From the IMG/VR virus record IMGVR_UViG_2778261229_000002, positions 1 through 34,933 of that record: a stretch of DNA of 34,933 nucleotides; one strand, 5' to 3'. Source of the DNA: a virus. Taxonomy: Duplodnaviria > Heunggongvirae > Uroviricota > Caudoviricetes. Below are positions 16,561 through 24,785 of the stretch, piece after piece; positions within the stretch are counted from its first letter, which is position 1, and each line of letters begins with the position of its first letter. The translations under genes were made by a program, and so were the position numbers. The notes under the pieces were generated by a model, which was not told where the DNA came from, did not search any database, and saw nothing but the letters and a program-made list of their open reading frames with translations.

Positions 16561-16905
16561 TTACACGCCCAGTTCTTTACGCTTATCTGCGATCTTCTCG
16601 CGGAGCGTTTCTGCTTTGGCGTTATGGTGTGGCTTCTCGTTAAAGAGCAATTCGTACTCTTCACGGAGCTTATCCAGTTCACCATCATCTGACACATCGT
16701 TGATGATTTTGGTGCTGGTTGCTGCCATAGACACCTTTCCTGCTACCTTTGCTTTTGCCTGTCTGGCTGCATCGTTAACAGGTTCCAGTGCGCTACCAGG
16801 CTCACCTTCGTATTCGATTTCTGCCCCCTCCGGCCACAGAGTGTTATGGATATGAGAGAGGCGCAGAACGCGGTATCTTGGTTTCTCACCTGACATCAAT
16901 ATCAC
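16561..16905 (-). CDS. Structural protein, 114 aa
   Basis: ORF track; sits between capsid and tail genes. Confidence 0.4.
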   Translation of the reverse strand: MILMSGEKPRYRVLRLSHIHNTLWPEGAEIEYEGEPGSALEPVNDAARQAKAKVAGKVSMAATSTKIINDVSDDGELDKLREEYELLFNEKPHHNAKAETLREKIADKRKELGV

Positions 16906-16906
16906 C

Positions 16907-17344
16907 TTAACCAGTTACTTTTGAGCGGATCGGATACGGCGTATTGGCATCAACATCAAGATTGATACCCGCAGTGAATTTGCCAGCCGTTAGTGGGCCA
17001 GTTGCGACGGAGTAGTTAACACGCAGATATCGCTGAACACCGGCTGGCACCTTTGCAGAAACAACTCGCTTACCTGCTGTCAGGGTGGCCTTTGCCAGTG
17101 CGCCACTATCATAAATAGTGGACCATGAGCTGTTATTCTCACTCGTCTGCAACTGGATGTTTACAGTTGCCTCACCACTTGCCGTGGCGGCTTCGTTAAC
17201 CAGCGCCCAAAACTCAAGCGGGTAACCCACACCGATATCGCGACGGTTTCCGTCAATTGGACCGAGATCGATTACGTCAGTAGAAGCCGCGGTATTCGTA
17301 ACCGCCTGAGCTTCGGAGAACATCAACAGTTTGTCGGTGATCAT
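16907..17344 (-). CDS. Capsid decoration / head accessory protein candidate, 145 aa
   Basis: Immediately downstream of the major capsid gene. Assignment by position only. Confidence 0.4.
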   Translation of the reverse strand: MITDKLLMFSEAQAVTNTAASTDVIDLGPIDGNRRDIGVGYPLEFWALVNEAATASGEATVNIQLQTSENNSSWSTIYDSGALAKATLTAGKRVVSAKVPAGVQRYLRVNYSVATGPLTAGKFTAGINLDVDANTPYPIRSKVTG

Positions 17345-17395
17345 CTTCTTTCTCCATTAGTGGGTCTGTTACGACCCACAGGTTAATAACAGGCG

Positions 17396-18388
17396 TTACA
17401 CCACGCGGGCTTCTGTTTCCAGAAGTGCGTCAGTTTCGCGAATCGGCACACCACGAAGTTCTGTCCACCATTCGCCTTCTGTCTCTTTCACGCTGATCGC
17501 CAGAGAACTCTTCTCCAGAGATTGCAGGTCAAGCACTTCGTTAATGGTTCTGTTCATGTAGAAAATAGGACGTCCCATCCCACGATTTGGGATTCGATGA
17601 AGGGCACGAATCATCAGTTTTGCGATATTCGCAGCAGTAGAAGGAGCGTCAAGATTGCTGACATCGATGTTTGCAATGCGAACAACATAGCGCCAGTCAC
17701 GCAATGTCAGCCCGTTGTCCCACTTATAATGGGTACGATAACCTTCGTACTTGCCGCCATTAGCATCTTCCAGTGTCACCTGGCCTTTATCTTCCATCTG
17801 GATGCCAGCCTTCTGCCCTTTCGGGAAGATGCCATGCACGGTGTTTTCGCCCCACACCACTAACCAGATTGAAGTGTTATCTGTACCCGTGCCACCAGCA
17901 TCAATGATGTTCTGAGCATTACCCGCAGACAGGCTGGAATAGCGGGAGGACAGTCCCATAAACTGCTGAGGGTTAACGCTGGAATCACCGTAAAACAGCG
18001 TCTGCGCCATCGCCTGATTCATCGCTTCAATAAATGCTCGGTCTTCAGACAGGCGGAATTCGGCAGTATTACCGTTCAGATCAGCCAGAGACTTATCGAC
18101 TTCAGCATAGGTTTCCAGCATGCCAATGGAATCAGTGACCTGCACCGTTGTTGATTTGCTCGGTTGTACGCCATAGTTCAGCAAACGCCAGGTAGCGGAA
18201 GGCAAACCAGAACGAATGGTGGTTCGGTGTCCGGTAGGAAGGTTTCCTTCAACAAAAGGCATATCCTGAAGGATTGGGTTGGTTTGACTGAGAAGCTCGA
18301 TAATCTTATCGACTTTCCCGTTTGGATCGACGCGCTTACCCCAGTCAGCCAGCGTTAGCGCAGTTAAGCCTTTAACAGCCATTGTCAT
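17396..18388 (-). CDS. Major capsid protein, 330 aa
   Basis: Canonical position after the scaffold gene; size typical of podovirus HK97-fold coat proteins. Confidence 0.7.
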   Translation of the reverse strand: MTMAVKGLTALTLADWGKRVDPNGKVDKIIELLSQTNPILQDMPFVEGNLPTGHRTTIRSGLPSATWRLLNYGVQPSKSTTVQVTDSIGMLETYAEVDKSLADLNGNTAEFRLSEDRAFIEAMNQAMAQTLFYGDSSVNPQQFMGLSSRYSSLSAGNAQNIIDAGGTGTDNTSIWLVVWGENTVHGIFPKGQKAGIQMEDKGQVTLEDANGGKYEGYRTHYKWDNGLTLRDWRYVVRIANIDVSNLDAPSTAANIAKLMIRALHRIPNRGMGRPIFYMNRTINEVLDLQSLEKSSLAISVKETEGEWWTELRGVPIRETDALLETEARVV

Positions 18389-18396
18389 TTCCTCTC

Positions 18397-19098
18397 TTAT
18401 TTGCCATAGAGCACTTCGGCCGCACTACGCTGGCCTTCATTACCACCGGTGACCATGCCATCTTCAGACATCGCCTTTCCGATTTTCACGAACGTTTTGA
18501 CCAGATCAGGGTGATTACCCAGCCCGGTGGTGTTCAGATATTCTTTGAGTTCAGGTGTCCCGAACTGGTCGAGCGCACGCTGTGCGGCGCTAAGGTTAGA
18601 AATCAACTTGTCGCCACCGATTTCTTTGTCAGCTTTTACATCCGCAGCCCACTGCTCGGTTGTTTTCTGCCAGGCTTCTGCCTGGCGCTGCTGAACACCT
18701 GCCAGAATCTTCGGATAAGCATCAACCAGCTTTTGCGCTTGCTCGTTGGTCAGGTTAAGTTCTCGCGCCACCGGCTCGAATTCCTTCAACGCTTCTGTAT
18801 CCAGCTCTACGCCTTCGGCAGCCTGAAACTCGTACTTCTCCGGCGCACCATCCGGTTTATCGCCGTCCTTTTTTTCACCCTGCTTATCGCTTTCAGGCTT
18901 TTTGTCATCAGCAGGTTTATCGCCATCAGCAACAGGTTGCGGCTTATCACCTTCTTGTTGTGATGGATCACCAACTGGAGCAGGGTTATCACCTGCAGGC
19001 GCTGACGGTTCTGACGCAGCCGGAGCTGCTCCACCATCGACTGGTTGCTCATTGCAAAGACGGCGATACAGCAAACGCTCAAATAAATTCATGATCAC
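18397..19098 (-). CDS. Scaffolding protein, 233 aa
   Basis: Acidic, low-complexity, Pro/Ala/Asp/Lys-rich N-terminal half (PAASEPSAPAGDNPAPVGD...KKPESDKQGEKKDGDKPDG) and helical C-terminus. Located between portal and capsid. Confidence 0.65.
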   Translation of the reverse strand: MIMNLFERLLYRRLCNEQPVDGGAAPAASEPSAPAGDNPAPVGDPSQQEGDKPQPVADGDKPADDKKPESDKQGEKKDGDKPDGAPEKYEFQAAEGVELDTEALKEFEPVARELNLTNEQAQKLVDAYPKILAGVQQRQAEAWQKTTEQWAADVKADKEIGGDKLISNLSAAQRALDQFGTPELKEYLNTTGLGNHPDLVKTFVKIGKAMSEDGMVTGGNEGQRSAAEVLYGK

Positions 19099-19391
19099 TC
19101 CTGTTCACTGGCCTCTTTGGCCATCTTCAAATACTGTTCAGGGCAATGCGCCATAACGCGCTGAAACAGTTCCAGCGCCAGATTGCGTTGCCCCTCATTA
19201 AATGCCATTGCCATAGCGTCCATCGGTGAGATAGCGGAAAACACACGGCCTTTCTCCAGCACCGACCAGACAACGCGACGCCCCTGTTCACTGCTCATGA
19301 CAAAGCGAATGTCATCAATTTCACGCTGTGCCATGTCACGTTGCTTACGGGCGTTTTCTTCTTTCAGTTGATCATCTTCGTAATCTGTCAT
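19095..19391 (-). CDS. Hypothetical protein, 98 aa, between portal and scaffold
   Basis: ORF track; 4-bp overlaps with both neighbours indicate translational coupling. Confidence 0.45.
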   Translation of the reverse strand: MTDYEDDQLKEENARKQRDMAQREIDDIRFVMSSEQGRRVVWSVLEKGRVFSAISPMDAMAMAFNEGQRNLALELFQRVMAHCPEQYLKMAKEASEQE

Positions 19392-21067
19392 TGTGATTGC
19401 CCACCCTGACCACTAACTGCATTCGCCATAGCTGACAAAACACTCGGATCCGAAGTTTTAGCTTCGCTTAGCGTCTTGGCACCCTGTGCCGCCGCCATCC
19501 CCATCGCCATCATTTGTTGCTGCTGTTGTTGCTGTGCCCGTTGCTGGCGAGCCTGCTCAACCTGTTCCTGCGGAACAATGACGGTTGGAGACACTCCGGA
19601 CATATCAGCGAATGCATCGATCGCCTGATCAACGTTGAGTTTGTCGAGAGCTTCTGGTTTCGCTTGCGCAAGTTGACCAATGAAGTTAACCGTGGACGCC
19701 AGACTGGACAGGCCGATAGACTTCTGCGCCTGAGCCATGACGGAAATGTATTCGACCTTCAGGGGCATGCCTTCCATCGCGTCAGGCGGTGGCGGCAGCA
19801 TGTTTTTGCGCACCATCATCGAGAAAGCGCGGTCAATGAGAGGATTAAGACATTCGTCGTTCAGACGCTCCAGAACCGGCCCCAACATCAGAAGTTTTTC
19901 TTCTTTCATTTCGATCACCGCTTCAACAGGCATCGAGCGGGTATTGATGTTCTGCAACATCATGAACAGATCGACAAAGTAGGCGCTGTTAATGATTTGA
20001 CGAGTGTCCTGAATGTCTGCCACCAAATCTGCTGTACTGGGGTTAACCAGATAAGCAGGCCTGAAGCCATCCTGACCAGTAATCTGATCGATATACGTGA
20101 TGTCGCCAGGAAGAAGGGAGGCGCGCTGATTCTTGAGGGAAGTCGGAGCAACCATCGGCGGATTGGTGGCTTTATCAATCAACTGCGACTTGCGCTTCTG
20201 GAGAAGCTGCAATGCCTTAACAGGTCCAAGCGCCAGCATACCCGGGCATGATGATCCATAAACATCTTCGCCGTTAACTTCCCAGCGCGGAGCCATAATT
20301 GGAAACTCATCGAATCCGGACTCACGCAACAACTTGTCGTTATCTCCACCAACCTCGTAATAAACCGATTTGAATGGCTTGTTCTTGCTATCCAGCTTCG
20401 ATGTATCGCGGTCAATGTTCGGGTAAACCGAATGCATCACTTCGATCCACTTCTCGTAGGTGCCGCTTTCCCACATGCTTTTTACGGATTTGCTGACGTT
20501 ATTTAGCCCGAACTCCTGAACAAGCTGACGAACAGTCATAGAGAACTTGCGAAAACAGGTGTCAACACTGCCACGAGGTGAGTTAGCCAGGTAGTAACTG
20601 CCTATCGGGAATGGCATTGTGCGAATGATGTCCTCGTCATCCTCCAGCACTGCCATTGCACCAGTGCTGTATGTGCCGAGGCTTCCGTATAACTGCGGAA
20701 GAGACTGGTAGAGATTCGACTTATTGAACATATCGTTCATGCGGTTCTGAACTGCCTCAAGCCACAACTTAACAGGGCCATAATCCATCATTTCAGGATC
20801 TGGCGTAGCCAGGCGAAACCACGGACGCGCGGGGCTTGTGATGCCTGACATCATGCCGCTGGCGAGAGTGCGCGCCGCCATAGTCCCGGTCGAATCAATA
20901 ATGCGTGTATTGCGCCGATCGTTACGGTTGGCCTCAGAAGTCAGAAAGCGGGAACCACGCGGGTTGATGTAATCACTCAACTCGCGCCAGTGCGGCTCGA
21001 ACGACTGACGCTCGCTTTCAAGTTGTGCGAACTGTTTGTTCAATCGCTCTTTAGTTGTTTCCGCCAT
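19388..21067 (-). CDS. Portal protein, 559 aa
   Basis: Size and position immediately downstream of the terminase genes; C-terminal Gln-rich tail (QQRAQQQQQQQMMAMGMAAAQG). Confidence 0.7.
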   Translation of the reverse strand: MAETTKERLNKQFAQLESERQSFEPHWRELSDYINPRGSRFLTSEANRNDRRNTRIIDSTGTMAARTLASGMMSGITSPARPWFRLATPDPEMMDYGPVKLWLEAVQNRMNDMFNKSNLYQSLPQLYGSLGTYSTGAMAVLEDDEDIIRTMPFPIGSYYLANSPRGSVDTCFRKFSMTVRQLVQEFGLNNVSKSVKSMWESGTYEKWIEVMHSVYPNIDRDTSKLDSKNKPFKSVYYEVGGDNDKLLRESGFDEFPIMAPRWEVNGEDVYGSSCPGMLALGPVKALQLLQKRKSQLIDKATNPPMVAPTSLKNQRASLLPGDITYIDQITGQDGFRPAYLVNPSTADLVADIQDTRQIINSAYFVDLFMMLQNINTRSMPVEAVIEMKEEKLLMLGPVLERLNDECLNPLIDRAFSMMVRKNMLPPPPDAMEGMPLKVEYISVMAQAQKSIGLSSLASTVNFIGQLAQAKPEALDKLNVDQAIDAFADMSGVSPTVIVPQEQVEQARQQRAQQQQQQQMMAMGMAAAQGAKTLSEAKTSDPSVLSAMANAVSGQGGQSQ

Positions 21068-21081
21068 TTCAATGACTCCGG

Positions 21082-21288
21082 TTACTGACCAAGCAGCGTT
21101 TTACCGCTGGTATTAGCGGTTGATGTGTCGCCCTGAGAACCGGTAAGCAGCGTAGAACTACGACCAGCAGCAGCGCGACGGCGACGTGTTTCTTCGTCGC
21201 GGGCATCAACAACGGCGGCATCCTGCTCCTGTGGTGCTGCCTGAACTTCTGGTGTTGCAGGCACTGATGGTGAGCTACCCATGCACAT
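21082..21288 (-). CDS. Hypothetical small protein, 68 aa, upstream of portal
   Basis: ORF track. Arg-rich and low complexity; could be non-coding. Confidence 0.3.
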   Translation of the reverse strand: MCMGSSPSVPATPEVQAAPQEQDAAVVDARDEETRRRRAAAGRSSTLLTGSQGDTSTANTSGKTLLGQ

Positions 21289-21356
21289 ATCAATGACTCC
21301 GTACGCAATTAAATTATTACCAATTTAACCACATATGATTTATTTATCGTAGAATG

Positions 21357-21394
21357 TTGACATTTAACGCGTGAATTATTACCTTTCAGGTAAC
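21357..21394 (+). promoter_or_regulatory. TTGACA box plus operator ATTACCTTTCAGGTAAC upstream of the tRNA insert
   Basis: TTGACA at 21357-21362; operator palindrome at 21378-21394. I could not find a convincing -10 hexamer at correct spacing. Confidence 0.35.
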
Positions 21395-21715
21395 CAAAGA
21401 GCTCATTCTGGTTACTAACCTGACTGGCTTGTCGTTAAATTAAACAGGTGGAGTGAGCTTTTATTTTGAGCAGTACGGCGTATGGCACATGCGCCGATAG
21501 CGGTCTGGATACGTTTAAGGGGCACCCTCCCTTGCTCGGGCAAACGAACCAGGTAGCCGGAATGTGTAAGTCGAGCGGTTTTATTCCGCGCACGGGGATT
21601 CACCATCCCGGCGATTCGGTGTGACGCCTCGGAAGAGACGAGGGTACAACGATGAGAGCATTTATGGAGCCGCGACAAAGTGTGGCGCCTTAACAGGCTA
21701 AGTGCTCTCAGCGTT

Positions 21716-21792
21716 GTGGCATTAGCTCAGTTAGACAGAGCAACCGCCTTCTAAGCGGTTGGTCGCAGGTTCGAATCCTGCATGCCACGCCA
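21716..21792 (+). tRNA. tRNA-Arg (anticodon UCU), 77 nt, argU-like
   Basis: Cloverleaf folded by hand: acceptor GTGGCAT/ATGCCAC, D-stem GCTC/GAGC, anticodon stem ACCGC/GCGGT with loop CTTCTAA, T-arm GCAGG-TTCGAAT-CCTGC, discriminator G and encoded CCA. Anticodon loop and T-arm are identical to E. coli argU as I recall it. Confidence 0.85.
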
Positions 21793-21836
21793 GAATCACG
21801 CCTAAGGACCGTGATGCCAGAAGTTCCAGGTGCTTG

Positions 21837-21878
21837 GCGGTGATGGTTTCCCTTGAAGGACTATCACCGCCCTTTTTA
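21837..21878 (+). terminator. Terminator downstream of the tRNA (GGCGGTGATGG ... CTATCACCGCC followed by CTTTTT)
   Basis: 11-bp stem with one mismatch and a 13-nt loop, followed by a T-run, about 45 nt after the tRNA 3' end. Confidence 0.5.
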
Positions 21879-22022
21879 CAGCAGGACGCCATTGCGATGA
21901 CTTCATGCTGTAAACCAGTACAGCCACGGAAGGCATAACTCATTGCTTCCAGTTCGCCCGGTTCGCCGGGCATTTTTTTAAGGTGTGAATCATGAAATAC
22001 GAATTTGATGGATTTTGATGTC

Positions 22023-22034
22023 GTGACATGTCAC
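22023..22034. repeat. 12-bp palindrome GTGACATGTCAC (copy 2 of 3)
   Basis: Exact copy; lies between the terminase large subunit stop and the tRNA insert. Confidence 0.6.
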
Positions 22035-22039
22035 AAACA

Positions 22040-22066
22040 GCCAGCCGATGAGCTGGCTTTGTTTTA
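22040..22066 (+). terminator. Hairpin GCCAGC-cgatga-GCTGGC followed by TTTGTTTTAT
   Basis: Immediately after palindrome copy 2. T-rich on the plus strand and partly T-rich on the minus strand, so possibly bidirectional. Confidence 0.4.
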
Positions 22067-22108
22067 TCCTCACCAGAGGATATCAGCAGCATTATCCCCT
22101 CCAGAGGA

Positions 22109-23584
22109 TTAAGCATAGGGATCGTAATCTGTAATGGCCTTGCCTTGCTGGTTCTGCTGACCGGGAATTCGCAGACGCTTCGACACCGGGAAAGCAAACG
22201 TCAGCAGTAGCGCATCGCCTTTACCCGGCGAACGCCCAAGCCGCTCCTTGATATCTTCCTTCGGTTCGATAACGATTTTACCGTCCACGCGAACTTTGTA
22301 CTCTGCCGCCGACAGGTCGTCCGCTGTTTCCTGGTCATCCAGCATGCCGCCCAGCCTCAGCCATGTCTTGCATGCATTGAACATCTCCCCACGCTTGTTA
22401 AGCATCTGCGGGTCAGTGGACGCACCGCCGAACGGAACAAGTTGCCATGTACGTCCCCAGCCATCACCGATTGACTTCAAACCGGTTCCGTAACCGAAGT
22501 CGATGAACACCGCGTCAGCCTGGTACTGGTCTTCAAAGTCAGCGATACGCTTCGCCATAATCAGATCGTCGGTGGTCTTGTTGCCAGTCCACAACACCTT
22601 ACTGTGCAGCCCCTGCCGCAGGTATATCACAGCGTCATCAACGCCGGAGTATGCCGGGTCAACGCCGATTATCACCGGAGCATGTGCCACCTGCGCAGCG
22701 GTTACCACCCGTTTCATTGCCTCGTCAGTAAGACCGGTAGGGATAAACTGCAATTCAGATGCATCAGGGAATATGCCACGCACACGGATTTTAACGAAGT
22801 CGCTGTCTTCCCCGTAGTCATCAACCCATTTCTGCAACTGATGTTTGTTAGTGCCTTCCACCGTCCGGCTGTCAATCTGCGCAGTTTTCCAGCGATGTTT
22901 ATATTTGCGGAAACATTCGCGGAAACGTCCGGTGTTACGTGTAGGGTTTCCGAACGCCACCCAGATAATCTCAGTGTCTTCGTCCGTAAGCGCACCCTCA
23001 GCAACTTCCCACACCAGATCCGCAATGTTCGACGCTTCATCGAATACCACGATGATGCGTTTGCGCTCGTTGTGTAGTCCGGCGAATGCCTCAGTGTTGT
23101 GCTCAGACCAGGGGATTGCGTCAGCTCGCCACCGCTTGTCGTGCCCAGGGTCATTGCTGTACATCGCGGTAGCGGTACAGGTAAACCAGTCTTTCGTGAT
23201 AGCAAGGTTCGACCACTTGATAATTTCCGGCCAGGTCTTCGTTCGTAGCTGGTTGTCGGTGTTGGCGGTCACCACGACCTTACAATCCTCGCAAGTGGAC
23301 ATGCCCCAGTTGATCAACATTGAGATGAATGCTGATTTACCAATACCGTGGCCCGAAGCACGTGCCAGCATAAGCGGCTGATAGCGCGTCTCGGGATTCT
23401 GCAGGTGATCACGTATCTCTCGGAACGCATCGGCCTGCCACTGACGTGGGCCGGTAGCATGTGCCAGTTCAGTCCCCTCTTCCCCCCACGGGAACGCATA
23501 GAGGGCATAGCCAAGCGGATCGTGAGTGAACCCTGCAATATCCTCGATCAACTGCTCTTCAGGAGATAACGCTGCATCTGTCAC
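22109..23584 (-). CDS. terL: Terminase large subunit, 491 aa
   Basis: Walker A-like motif (ARASGHGIGKS) in the N-terminal ATPase part; size and position after the small subunit. Confidence 0.8.
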   Translation of the reverse strand: MTDAALSPEEQLIEDIAGFTHDPLGYALYAFPWGEEGTELAHATGPRQWQADAFREIRDHLQNPETRYQPLMLARASGHGIGKSAFISMLINWGMSTCEDCKVVVTANTDNQLRTKTWPEIIKWSNLAITKDWFTCTATAMYSNDPGHDKRWRADAIPWSEHNTEAFAGLHNERKRIIVVFDEASNIADLVWEVAEGALTDEDTEIIWVAFGNPTRNTGRFRECFRKYKHRWKTAQIDSRTVEGTNKHQLQKWVDDYGEDSDFVKIRVRGIFPDASELQFIPTGLTDEAMKRVVTAAQVAHAPVIIGVDPAYSGVDDAVIYLRQGLHSKVLWTGNKTTDDLIMAKRIADFEDQYQADAVFIDFGYGTGLKSIGDGWGRTWQLVPFGGASTDPQMLNKRGEMFNACKTWLRLGGMLDDQETADDLSAAEYKVRVDGKIVIEPKEDIKERLGRSPGKGDALLLTFAFPVSKRLRIPGQQNQQGKAITDYDPYA

Positions 23585-24213
23585 TGATTGCCATCCTGAC
23601 GTTCTTTGAGTCGCTTCCTGGCTGCTGCTATGCGATCAGCAATTGTCACATTCACATTAACATCCAGACGTTCTTTGAACGCGTTAACGTCGACGTGCTT
23701 ACCGATGAGCTCGAGGTTTTTCACCTTGTCGGGCCATTTCACCTTCTTCAGGATATGCTCGACATCCTCAACAGAGAAATCCGCCTCGCCATTCTCTTTT
23801 TGCAGGGAAGCCTGGGTTGTCTTGATGGTAGCGATATCCATAGCACTGAGAGAGGTACGCCAGACCTTCGGCCATTCAGCGATCGGCTTCATCCCGCCGT
23901 CATCGTTCAGTATATCCAGCACGTCCATCTGGTCGATCTCCACCAGGCGCATGAGAACGTAATCAGCACTGACGCGCATTCGTTTGTTGCGCTCCTCCAT
24001 CAACTCGGCAATCCGTTTTTGAATGCGTTCATCGCGCATCATGACACTGGCTTTAACTGCCGCTGTATTTGGGGAGAATCCTGCGTTAATCGCTGCCTGA
24101 GTCTGGTTTTCAGGCGTTTTGATGTATGACTGGCAATAAGCCTCCTGCATTGCTGTTAGTGGCTTAAATTGCGTTGATTTGCGTTTATAGGTTTTAGGTT
24201 CAGCAGGCATCAT
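23581..24213 (-). CDS. terS: Terminase small subunit, about 210 aa
   Basis: ORF-track frame 23581..24291; I prefer the start at the MM pair (24208-24213), because the upstream 26 codons run through a tandem DNA repeat. HTH-like block QEAYCQSYIKTPENQTQAAINAGFSPNTAAVKASVMM is typical of P27-type small terminases. Stop overlaps the terL start. Confidence 0.65.
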   Translation of the reverse strand: MMPAEPKTYKRKSTQFKPLTAMQEAYCQSYIKTPENQTQAAINAGFSPNTAAVKASVMMRDERIQKRIAELMEERNKRMRVSADYVLMRLVEIDQMDVLDILNDDGGMKPIAEWPKVWRTSLSAMDIATIKTTQASLQKENGEADFSVEDVEHILKKVKWPDKVKNLELIGKHVDVNAFKERLDVNVNVTIADRIAAARKRLKERQDGNQ

Positions 24214-24220
24214 AACCACC

Positions 24221-24252
24221 GTGGTAATAGTTACCGTTGTGGTAATAGTACC
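24221..24252. repeat. Tandem 15-bp direct repeat GTGGTAATAGTTACC / GTGGTAATAGTACC, each an internal palindrome
   Basis: Two adjacent copies separated by GTT, immediately upstream of the terS start. The half-sites GGTAA/TTACC are the operator half-sites in inverted arrangement. Confidence 0.5.
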
Positions 24253-24282
24253 ATGCAAAATAAAGCCGCCATAGTTGGCGGC
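24253..24282 (-). terminator. Intrinsic terminator on the minus strand (GCCGCC-aactat-GGCGGC followed by TTTATTTTG)
   Basis: Hairpin at 24265-24282 with a T-rich tract on the minus strand, between the 115-aa gene and terS. Confidence 0.5.
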
Positions 24283-24323
24283 AGTATTCAAAACCCGTCA
24301 AATTCATCATGCATAATCTACTC

Positions 24324-24335
24324 GTGACATGTCAC
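24324..24335. repeat. 12-bp palindrome GTGACATGTCAC (copy 3 of 3)
   Basis: Exact copy overlapping the stop codon of the 24332..24679 gene. Confidence 0.6.
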
Positions 24336-24679
24336 ACTATTAATTTCGTTTCATGCCAGCCTTTAGTCACCCAGCATTGCGAGTCACCATTACACGGGCA
24401 TGAATTAACTGGAACTCTCTCGCCGCACTTACCGCAACGTTTTCTGCTGATCGATTTTATACGCCCGCGCACACGTGCATCATCCTGGCGGATCAGCAGC
24501 GCGATGTACTCGGCCATTTCATAGGGATCGCGACCAGGGCGCCGGGCGGCGCAGTTCCGCGCTAGCATTTCCTGCTCCTGCTTATCCAGCACCAGTTCAA
24601 TTTTGCGCTCACCGGCGGCGGACTGCCGAGCGCGCTGCGCGGCTTTGCGTTCTGCGGGGGATTTAGCCACGAATCGCAC
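24332..24679 (-). CDS. Hypothetical protein with C-terminal Cys-rich (zinc-ribbon-like) motif, 115 aa; candidate late-gene regulator
   Basis: C-terminus RKRCGKCGERVPVNSCPCNGDSQCW. Last gene before a terminator and the terminase genes, which is the positional analogue of a lambdoid late regulator. No homology asserted. Confidence 0.45.
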   Translation of the reverse strand: MRFVAKSPAERKAAQRARQSAAGERKIELVLDKQEQEMLARNCAARRPGRDPYEMAEYIALLIRQDDARVRGRIKSISRKRCGKCGERVPVNSCPCNGDSQCWVTKGWHETKLIV

Positions 24680-24785
24680 TCCACGCCAGATTGATTAATG
24701 ACTCCCAGGTAATATAAACCCGGATACCAGCAGCCAGGCCGAAACCAATCACCATGGCATAAAGCAGAGCGTTGCACTTGTTCAT
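24663..24785 (-). CDS. Possible small hydrophobic peptide, 40 aa
   Basis: ATG overlaps the TGA of the upstream gene (ATGA junction); peptide MNKCNALLYAMVIGFGLAAGIRVYITWESLINLAWSAIRG has one predicted TM helix. May be non-coding. Confidence 0.25.
   Translation of the reverse strand: MNKCNALLYAMVIGFGLAAGIRVYITWESLINLAWSAIRG

Noticed and set aside
13322-20415. Numerous plus-strand ORFs of 60-250 aa across the structural operon (for example 14449..14838, 15139..15675, 18382..18963, 19514..20251)
   Set aside because: They lie antisense to long, tightly packed minus-strand virion genes that are clearly coding, and they have no RBS or operon logic. Treated as chance reading frames.
21420-21715. 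Possible additional tRNA or pseudo-tRNA upstream of tRNA-Arg
   Set aside because: I could not fold a cloverleaf with a T-arm or anticodon arm from this stretch by eye. Left as unexplained leader; it needs tRNAscan or Infernal.
21731-21973. 80-aa minus-strand ORF overlapping the tRNA
   Set aside because: It overlaps a well-supported tRNA and terminator on the opposite strand and has no translation signals.
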